This document shows, piece after piece, positions 38,120 through 45,057 of a stretch of 64,000 nucleotides of DNA. The notes beneath the pieces are model-generated. The model had not been told where the DNA came from, did no database searches, and worked only from the letters and a program-made list of their open reading frames with translations. The position numbers were made by a program, and so were the translations under genes. Position 1 is the first letter of the stretch. The number at the start of each line of letters is the position of its first letter. This DNA comes from Thermoanaerobaculia bacterium (GTDB lineage: Bacteria; Acidobacteriota; Thermoanaerobaculia; Multivoradales; UBA5704), in contig DASQPA010000202.1 in assembly GCA_035644215.1 (NCBI GenBank), positions 4,162-68,161 of the forward strand, written 5' to 3'.

Positions 38120-38521
38120 ATGACCCCCGGGCGCGCCTGCCGCTACCTCTGGGCCTTCCCGGTGACGGCCCTGGGTCTCCTCGCCGCGCTGTTGACCGCC
38201 CTGACCGGCGGGGTCCTCAGGCGGCAGGAGGGGACCCTGGAGATCCACGGCGGCTTCTCCTTTCCGCTCCTTTGCCTCCTCAACGCCCAGGCCCTCACTC
38301 TGGGGCACGTCGTCCTGGGGATCTCGCCCTACGCCCTCGCCTTCTACCGGATGCACGAGCGGGCGCACGTCCGGCAGTGCGAACGGTGGGGGATCTTCTT
38401 CCTCCCCGCCTACTTCCTGGCCGGCCTCTGGGCCTGGCTCCGGGGTGGGCGCTTCTATCACGACAACCGGTTCGAGATCATCGCCGAACGGGCCGAACGG
38501 GCCTCGCGAGCCGGCTTTTGA
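38120..38521 (+). CDS. small membrane protein carrying an HExxH motif
   Basis: The ATG at 38120 lies in the frame of ORF 37826-38521. Hydrophobic segments are WAFPVTALGLLAALLTAL and IFFLPAYFLAGLWAWL. MHERAH is an HExxH motif. No family was recognised. Confidence 0.45.
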   Translation: MTPGRACRYLWAFPVTALGLLAALLTALTGGVLRRQEGTLEIHGGFSFPLLCLLNAQALTLGHVVLGISPYALAFYRMHERAHVRQCERWGIFFLPAYFLAGLWAWLRGGRFYHDNRFEIIAERAERASRAGF

Positions 38522-38589
38522 GCCTGGCCCGGACGGCAGCGGGAACTTCGCGTCTTTCTTCGTCGTACAAGACCGCAGGGAGGACTGGG

Positions 38590-39489
38590 ATGCAGCTCAC
38601 GATCGAGCGGGTCGGCAAGGTCTACAAGGGGGGTGCGGTGGCGCTCTCCGACTTCACTCTGGAGATGGGGCCGGGGGTGCTCGGCCTCCTCGGTCCGAAC
38701 GGCGCCGGCAAGTCGACGCTGATGCGCATCCTGGCGACCATCACCCACCCCACCTCCGGGCGGGTGCTGTGGAACGGCGAGGACGTCGCCCGCTCCCCCG
38801 CCGCTCTCCGCGCCAGCCTGGGCTACCTGCCGCAGGACTTCGGGGTCTATCCCAACCTCACCGCGGTCGAGTTCCTCGAGTACCTGGCGGCGGTCAAGGG
38901 GGTGCCGGCCCGCCTCGCCCGGCCGCGCATCGCCGAGCTCCTCGCTCTGGTCAACCTCACCGAGGCGGCGCAGCGGCCGCTCGGCGGCTACTCCGGCGGC
39001 ATGCGCCAGCGGGTGGGGATCGCCCAGGCGCTCCTCTCCGACCCGCGGCTCCTGATCGTCGACGAGCCGACGGTGGGGCTCGACCCGGAGGAACGGGTGC
39101 GCTTCCGCAATCTCCTCTCGGACCTCTCCGGCGACCGCATCGTCATCCTCTCGACCCACATCGTCTCGGACGTCGAAGCCACGGCGACCGGGATCGCGCT
39201 CATCGACGGCGGCCGGCTGGTCGATCACGCCTCTCCCGAGGCGCTGCTCGCCGCCGTCGAGGGGAAGGTCTGGGAGTGCGTGGTGCCGAGCGCCGAGCTG
39301 CCGGCGGCCAAGGCGCGCTGGCTGATCTCCGGCACCGTCCGCCGCGGCGACGGCGTCCACGTGCGGGCGGTGGCCGAGACGCCGCCGTGCGCCGGAGCGC
39401 GGCCGCTGCCGCCGACCCTGGAGGACGCCTATCTCTACCGGTTGACTTCCGGCCGGGCCGGCGGGTCGAGCCGGAAGGCGGCGGCATGA
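38590..39489 (+). CDS. ABC transporter ATP-binding protein
   Basis: Walker A GPNGAGKST, signature YSGGMRQRVGIA, Walker B LLIVDEPTVGLD and H-loop LSTHI. The start is at MQLTIERVGKVY. Confidence 0.9.
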   Translation: MQLTIERVGKVYKGGAVALSDFTLEMGPGVLGLLGPNGAGKSTLMRILATITHPTSGRVLWNGEDVARSPAALRASLGYLPQDFGVYPNLTAVEFLEYLAAVKGVPARLARPRIAELLALVNLTEAAQRPLGGYSGGMRQRVGIAQALLSDPRLLIVDEPTVGLDPEERVRFRNLLSDLSGDRIVILSTHIVSDVEATATGIALIDGGRLVDHASPEALLAAVEGKVWECVVPSAELPAAKARWLISGTVRRGDGVHVRAVAETPPCAGARPLPPTLEDAYLYRLTSGRAGGSSRKAAA

Positions 39490-41045
39490 CCACCCGGCTC
39501 CTCTACCACATGGCCCGCGCCGACTTCCTGGAGCGGGCGCGGCGCTACAGCTTCCTGGTCACGGTCGCCGGGGCCGTCTTTCTCGGCTACATGATCAACG
39601 CCGGGAACGTCAACCTGTCGTTCCAGGACCAGCGCGGCATCCTCAACTCGGCCTGGGTGGGGACGCTCATCGGGCTCACCGCCGCCATGATGCTGCCGCT
39701 CTTCGGCTTCTACCTGGTGAAGAACACGCTGGAACGCGACCGGGAGACCCGGGTGGGCGAGATCCTCGCCGCGACCCCGCTCGGCAAGGCCGCCTACACC
39801 TGCGGCAAGACCTTGAGCAACTTCCTCTTCCTCGGCGTGATCCTGGCGATCCTCACCGCCGCCGGCCTGCTCCTCCAGATGCTCTCGGGGGAGGACCGCC
39901 ACGTCCACCTCGCGGCGTTCCTCCAGCCGATTCTCTGGATCGCCCTGCCGCCGATCGCGGTGGTGGCGGCGCTCGCCGTCCTCTTCGAATCGATCCGCTG
40001 GCTCCGCGGCTCGCTCGGCAACGTCCTCTTCTACTTCCTGTGGACCGGCTTGCTCACCGCGGCCCTCCTCTCGCCCGCCCTCGATTCACTCGGCTGGCAC
40101 CTGGTGCAGGACAGCCTGCTCCAGAAGGTGCCGTCGCTCCAGACGGTTGCCGCCGGCAAGGTGGAGCAGGCCTCCTTCAGCATCGGTCCCCACCAGGAGA
40201 TCCACAAGACGTTCCATTGGGACGGCATCGACTGGACCGCCGCGATCGTGGCCCAGCGGCTCGCGGTGGCCGCCGCAGCGGTGGCGGTGGCTCTGCTGGC
40301 CGCTTTCTTCTTCGGCCGGTTCGATCCGGCCAAGGAGGGAGGCCGGCTGCCCAGGGCGGCGTCAGAGGCGGAAGGGGAGGCCGGAGCCGAGGCCCGCCGA
40401 CCGCGGAAGCGCCGGATCGCGCTGCCCTCCGGGTCGCCGGCGAATCCCTTCCTCGCCCTGGTGGTGGCCGAGCTGCGCCTGATGCTTCAGGGGCGGAACT
40501 TCTGGTGGTACGTGGTGGCCGCCGGCCTCTTGGTGGCCGGGACCGTCTCCCCGCTCATCGCGATCCGCGTCGGCATCCTCCCCGCCGCCTGGCTCTGGCC
40601 GATCGGCCTCTGGTCCGGGATGGGAACACGGGAGAAGCGCTTCGGAACCGAGGAGCTGGTCTTCTCCGGCCCGCGCCCGGCGGCCTACGGCGGGGCGGCG
40701 ATCTGGACCGCCGGGGTGCTGGTGGCGGCGGGTACGACCTTAGGCGCCGGCCTACGGTTGCTCGCAAGCGGCGATGGACGATCGTTCCTGGCCTGGGTGG
40801 CCGGGTGTCTGTTCATCCCCGGGCTGGCCTTCGCGCTGGGGACGGTCTCGGGGACCAGCCGGCTCTTCGAGGTGATCTACCTGATGCTCTGGTACATCGG
40901 CCCGATGAACCACGTGCCGGCCTTCGACTACATGGGAGTGACGCCGCAGGCGCTGGCGCAGGGGATGCCGTGGGTGTATCTGGGGCTGACGGCGGGATTG
41001 GTGGTGGCGGGGCTTGCGGCGCGGGGGCGGTGGGGGCGGGTGTAA
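39486..41045 (+). CDS. polytopic ABC-2-type permease-like membrane protein
   Basis: Its ATG overlaps the ATPase stop (ATGA). It has many hydrophobic segments. Its 3' portion carries the left copy of the 60-bp duplication. Confidence 0.7.
   Translation: MTTRLLYHMARADFLERARRYSFLVTVAGAVFLGYMINAGNVNLSFQDQRGILNSAWVGTLIGLTAAMMLPLFGFYLVKNTLERDRETRVGEILAATPLGKAAYTCGKTLSNFLFLGVILAILTAAGLLLQMLSGEDRHVHLAAFLQPILWIALPPIAVVAALAVLFESIRWLRGSLGNVLFYFLWTGLLTAALLSPALDSLGWHLVQDSLLQKVPSLQTVAAGKVEQASFSIGPHQEIHKTFHWDGIDWTAAIVAQRLAVAAAAVAVALLAAFFFGRFDPAKEGGRLPRAASEAEGEAGAEARRPRKRRIALPSGSPANPFLALVVAELRLMLQGRNFWWYVVAAGLLVAGTVSPLIAIRVGILPAAWLWPIGLWSGMGTREKRFGTEELVFSGPRPAAYGGAAIWTAGVLVAAGTTLGAGLRLLASGDGRSFLAWVAGCLFIPGLAFALGTVSGTSRLFEVIYLMLWYIGPMNHVPAFDYMGVTPQALAQGMPWVYLGLTAGLVVAGLAARGRWGRV
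40821..40880. repeat. left copy of a 60-bp direct repeat (inside the permease gene)
   Basis: GGGCTGGCCTTCGCGCTGGGGACGGTCTCGGGGACCAGCCGGCTCTTCGAGGTGATCTAC matches 41854-41913 at 58 of 60 positions. Confidence 0.9.
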
Positions 41046-41126
41046 GGGGGGCTATCGCTGACGCGGCGCCGAGGTAGTACAGCCGCCGTGGGTGTATTTG
41101 CGGCTCAGCGACTCCGCAGGCTCCTC

Positions 41127-41432
41127 TTACCTGCGCAGATCGGCACCCTTGCGACGCGGCCGGAGATCCAGGGTCAGTTGCCATCCAATGGCTTGGGCAT
41201 AGCGCTCGAGCGTCGAGAGCCGGATGCTCCCGGCACTGTGTTCGATTCGGCTGATCGCCGATTTCTTCGTCTCCAGCCGCTGGGCGACCTGCTCCTGCGT
41301 CAGGCCGGCCTTTTCTCGGGCCTGCCGAAGCAGGGCACCGACCTTGAAATCCTCATAGCCCGCCTCCAGGTTGTCCGCAAACTCAGGATCGCGTGCCGCC
41401 CGCGCCCTCGCGTACTTAGTTAGATCGCTCAT
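41127..41432 (-). CDS. higA: XRE-family HTH antitoxin (HigA-like)
   Basis: LRQAREKAGLTQEQVAQRLETKKSAISRIE is the Cro/C1 HTH. It overlaps the upstream toxin gene by 17 nt. Confidence 0.85.
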   Translation of the reverse strand: MSDLTKYARARAARDPEFADNLEAGYEDFKVGALLRQAREKAGLTQEQVAQRLETKKSAISRIEHSAGSIRLSTLERYAQAIGWQLTLDLRPRRKGADLRR

Positions 41433-41781
41433 GGTCTTGCCTCCTGCTCAGGTAGTCCTGCCGCCGCTTCTCGGCCAGCGTAATCTCCTGGTGCGGCGTC
41501 TTCTCGGTCTTCTTTGCGAAGCCGCTGGTGAGCACGAGCAGCCGGGCACCGTCGAAGAAGCCGATCAACCGGAAGGTGTCTCCACCGTGCTGCGCCCGTA
41601 CCTCCCATAGGTCCCTTGTGCCGACCAGCTTCTTGAGATACTGCGAGGGTACCGTCTCTAACTCTTCCACCAAGCGCAGAACCCAGACCACCTTCTGGGC
41701 CTGCTTGCCACTGAGCGCATCAAGGAACTCTCCAACGGGACAGTGGCCCGCCTGGGTCCGGTAGAAGCGGACTTCGCGCAC
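41416..41781 (-). CDS. higB: RelE/ParE-superfamily toxin, phage Gp49-like (HigB-like)
   Basis: VRFYRTQAGHCPVGEFLDALSGKQAQKV...LKKLVGTRDLWEVRAQHGGDTFRLIGFFDGARLLVLTSGFAKKTEKTP follows the DUF891/Gp49 pattern. The toxin-first order is typical of HigBA. Confidence 0.85.
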   Translation of the reverse strand: MREVRFYRTQAGHCPVGEFLDALSGKQAQKVVWVLRLVEELETVPSQYLKKLVGTRDLWEVRAQHGGDTFRLIGFFDGARLLVLTSGFAKKTEKTPHQEITLAEKRRQDYLSRRQDHERSN

Positions 41782-41853
41782 TCGTCGAGGTTAACACAAA
41801 CGTGAACCTGACGCTAGGTGTGCCTGCGGGCTTCTGCGCCGCATTCACCTTCA

Positions 41854-41913
41854 GGGCTGGCCTTTGCGCTGGGGACGGTCTCCGGGACCAGCCGGCTCTT
41901 CGAGGTGATCTAC
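41854..41913. repeat. right copy of the 60-bp direct repeat (intergenic, upstream of higB)
   Basis: It is identical to 40821-40880 except for two substitutions. Homology stops abruptly on both sides. Confidence 0.9.
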
Positions 41914-42000
41914 GAGGATCTCCGCCCGCTGATTCCCGCGATTCATAGTGCTCTCACGGTCGTTTCTCCCGGGCAGGTGCTGCGACTGGGGACGTGAGCT

Positions 42001-42357
42001 TACGCTGGACCATTGTCTCGGGAGACGGGCCGTATCTGCTTACGCTGGACCATTGTCCCGGGAGACGAGCCGTATCTGCTTATGCTGGCCCATTGTCTCG
42101 GGAGACGAGCCGTATCTGCTTATGCTGGACCATTGTCCCGGGAGACGGGCCGTATCTGCTTACGCTGGACCATTGTCTCGGGAGACGGGCCGTATCTGCT
42201 TATGCTGGACCATTGTCTCGGGAGACGGGCCGTATCTGCTTACGCTGGACCATTGTCTCGGGAGACGGGCCGTATCTGCTTACGCTGGACCATTGTCTCG
42301 GGAGATGGGCCGTATCTGCTTACGCTGGACCATTGTCCCGGGAGATGGGACGTATCG
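42001..42357. repeat. tandem array, 40-bp unit x about 9, each unit with a GTCTC-GG-GAGAC palindrome
   Basis: TACGCTGGACCATTGTCTCGGGAGACGGGCCGTATCTGCT repeats head-to-tail from 42001, with units starting every 40 nt up to 42321. There are no spacers. The only variants are transitions at about 5 positions, and the last unit decays. Confidence 0.92.
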
Positions 42358-42385
42358 CAGACGATCGGTGTTGAACAGCCCACTC

Positions 42386-44977
42386 TCACTCGACATGGCA
42401 CTTTTCGACGACGTCATTGATGAGAGTCACCCATTCCCCCTCCCACCCGACCCACTCCCGAACGATCGACTCTTTTTCCGTCGCCAAGGCATCAGGCCCT
42501 AGACGGCCTCCGATCCTGGCGATCGAGTCGAAGCACAAACTGATAATCCCGTCCACCGGCGGCACATAGGTTTCGAGTGCGAGGTGAGCAGCGGCCGCGC
42601 TCGCCGGTACAAGGTTCTCGAGCTTCTTCAGCACGGCCGGCCAGAACTCTCGATGGACGAACCCCAGGGCTCGCAGGCTGCCCAGCCAACACCGCACGGC
42701 GTCTGGCAATACACCACGGTCTTCCTGGACTCGGCCCAACGCATACAACGAGTAACACGCTCCGCTCAGGTCGTGCTTGCGCAGGTAGAGTGTCACAACC
42801 CACTGGAACTGCTTCGCGGCTTTGTCGAGCTCCCCCTTACGATGAAGGACGTTCCCGATGCGCCTCGCTGCGCGCGGCATGCCGACCGGGTCGAGGTCGG
42901 CATCCGCACGCTCCAAGCTCCGGCCATATAGATCGGCGGCCTCTTCGAACTTACCCTCCTCGAAAGCCAGATCGCCAAGCGAACGGAGGCAGCGCGCGAT
43001 GCCGATCGCATCCGCGAGCGTTTCCGCGGCAGACAAGCTCTCTTGGTACAGCTCGCGTGCGGCTTCGCGCCGGTTCTGGCGCACCTCGATATGAGCGAGG
43101 CGGCGCAATGCCATGATTCCGCGCTTGGGATCATCTATCTCTTTGCAGAGCTCTATGCAGTGCACGAGATGGCTTCTGGCCGCTTCCAGCTTGCCGCGGA
43201 TGATCTCGATGTTACCGAGCTCCAACAGGAATCTACACTCGTCTTTTCTGCTATTCGCCTTGACTGCCGCAGCCAGCCCCTTCTCGCAAACGTACTTCGC
43301 CTGCGCAAGATAGCCACTGAGCCGGTTGGGCGGAACCAGCGAGAACCGATCCTGGCGAAGCACGAAGTGCCGGACCTGCATGGTGATGTCGACGAGATCC
43401 TTCCAGTCCTCCATGGTCGCGAGAAGATCCATGGCGCCAAAGATGTTCTTTTGCTCTCGGTCCAGTGCTCCATAGTTGTCCCAGGCTCTGCCGCCGTGCT
43501 GGCGCGTGATGCCCAAAAAGTGTATTACGAACTGTCGGCGCATCTCGTTTTGCAAGGACGGATTTTCCTGCAGCTTGGATTCGGCGAATTTCTTGGTGAG
43601 GGGATGGAGTTGATATCCTCGCATGGTGTCGGCCGTCTCCTCCGAGGCTTCGACGAGGATCATCTCTACGAGGGCTTCGATAGCCGCCTCGAGGCGCTCT
43701 TCTGTCAGCCCGGTGGTGGCGAGGAGAGAATCCCAACGGGCCGGGGCAGCGAAGATCGCGAGGCCACAGAGGACCAATCGGGCATCGTCACTCATCTCAT
43801 CCCAAAGATCTTCATAGAAGCTGAACGTCTCACCCTTGGCTCTGTCGAGAGCGTCCAGGATGCGGTCCAGCGACAAGCCTTTTTTGAACCGCGCCATCGC
43901 GAGCTTCATGAACAGCGGGTTGCCGCCGGTACGTTCCCAAATGATCCGTAACTTCGGCCTCTTCTTCTGGCCCGGATAATACCTGCTCCACTCGCTACGC
44001 AGCAGCCGCAGCGCATCCCCCTCCCTCATCTGGCCGACGGCAACGTGCGTCGCTTCAAGTTTCTCGAGCCGGCGACTCGCGATCAGCGCCTTGCTCGGCG
44101 GTGGCAAATCGCTCAGAAACGAGCTGATGGAAGAGCGGTCGCGTTCGATGGTATTGAAGTTGTCGATGATCACGAGGGTCTTCCACGTCTTCAGCAGGCG
44201 GTGAGTGAGCTGGACCTGATCGTACTCCTCCAGGTTGGCATTGTCTTGAAGAGTCCGCAAGATCGAAACCATCACATCCTGAAGGCTAAGGTCGGAATCC
44301 TTCGCAGTGTTGAACACCGCGGCATCGAAGATCCCGTCCTCGACCGCGACGTAGGCCGCCTGGATCGCGAGGCTCGTCTTCCCAATCCCGGCGATCCCTT
44401 CGATGGCCGTCAGCCAGGAACGGGGATGCTTGAAGCTCGCGATCACGGAGTCCAACTCCTGAGCTCGGCCGATGAAATCGGGCCGGTGTGGCAGGTGGAG
44501 GCGTGGCAAACGATCAGGAGCGGGTTCGGAGCCTGGATGCATCGCAGCGGGAGAATCCAGGCGCTTGAGCAACAACCGGATAAGGTGATCCTCGAGCTGC
44601 CTGGCGAACGCATGTATGCCGGCTTGACTCCTGTCGTTATACTTCAAATAGACGCGTGAGCCCAGCTCGCCAGGAATGGCTTGCTCATCCAGCGGTTCGA
44701 TGACGACCGGAACGATGTAGCCCTGTCCGCGATGCTTTTCCTTTTCGAGCGCCCACTGCAGCTCGGCCTTGACCCACGGTGACTTGACCGAGTCTCGACT
44801 GAGAAAGATGACCAGGCACGAGGTCCCATCGTCGATGGCCGCCTTGATACCTTGGCTCAAGGGTTCACCGGCAATCAATTCGTGCTCGTCCACCCAGGTC
44901 TCGAGATGGCTGAAATGCTGCCGCAGGGCATGGATCAAGGGCTTGTCTTGATTGCCGTGAGAGAAGAAAATCTTCAC
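42386..44977 (-). CDS. TIR domain / P-loop STAND (NB-ARC-like) NTPase / TPR-repeat protein
   Basis: VKIFFSHGNQDKPLIHALRQHF...CLVIFLSRDSVKSPWVKAELQWAL is TIR-like. Walker A is GIAGIGKTSLAIQAAY and Walker B is WKTLVIIDNFN. About 400 aa of TPR-like helices follow. The GTG at 44977 lies 8 nt after AGGAGG; the rest of the 1253-aa ORF is shadow. GC is about 53% in 43141-43260 (64/120, hand count). Confidence 0.85.
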   Translation of the reverse strand: MKIFFSHGNQDKPLIHALRQHFSHLETWVDEHELIAGEPLSQGIKAAIDDGTSCLVIFLSRDSVKSPWVKAELQWALEKEKHRGQGYIVPVVIEPLDEQAIPGELGSRVYLKYNDRSQAGIHAFARQLEDHLIRLLLKRLDSPAAMHPGSEPAPDRLPRLHLPHRPDFIGRAQELDSVIASFKHPRSWLTAIEGIAGIGKTSLAIQAAYVAVEDGIFDAAVFNTAKDSDLSLQDVMVSILRTLQDNANLEEYDQVQLTHRLLKTWKTLVIIDNFNTIERDRSSISSFLSDLPPPSKALIASRRLEKLEATHVAVGQMREGDALRLLRSEWSRYYPGQKKRPKLRIIWERTGGNPLFMKLAMARFKKGLSLDRILDALDRAKGETFSFYEDLWDEMSDDARLVLCGLAIFAAPARWDSLLATTGLTEERLEAAIEALVEMILVEASEETADTMRGYQLHPLTKKFAESKLQENPSLQNEMRRQFVIHFLGITRQHGGRAWDNYGALDREQKNIFGAMDLLATMEDWKDLVDITMQVRHFVLRQDRFSLVPPNRLSGYLAQAKYVCEKGLAAAVKANSRKDECRFLLELGNIEIIRGKLEAARSHLVHCIELCKEIDDPKRGIMALRRLAHIEVRQNRREAARELYQESLSAAETLADAIGIARCLRSLGDLAFEEGKFEEAADLYGRSLERADADLDPVGMPRAARRIGNVLHRKGELDKAAKQFQWVVTLYLRKHDLSGACYSLYALGRVQEDRGVLPDAVRCWLGSLRALGFVHREFWPAVLKKLENLVPASAAAAHLALETYVPPVDGIISLCFDSIARIGGRLGPDALATEKESIVREWVGWEGEWVTLINDVVEKCHVE

Positions 44978-45057
44978 TCCCTTCACCTCCTGGGGTCGAG
45001 ACGGCGGACGAGACGCTTGCCGCGACGAGCGGCCAAGCCGGCACTCGGAGGGGACGG

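Noticed and set aside
42001-42357. Possible CRISPR array (also considered for 56939-57162).
   Set aside because: The repeats are directly head-to-tail with no unique spacers, and no cas genes are in the window.
41948-42502. Three overlapping plus-strand ORFs (41948-42502, 41994-42374, 42013-42420) across the 40-bp array.
   Set aside because: They exist only because the 40-nt unit lacks stops in all three frames. The same DNA cannot sensibly encode three 40-aa-periodic proteins, and there is no RBS.
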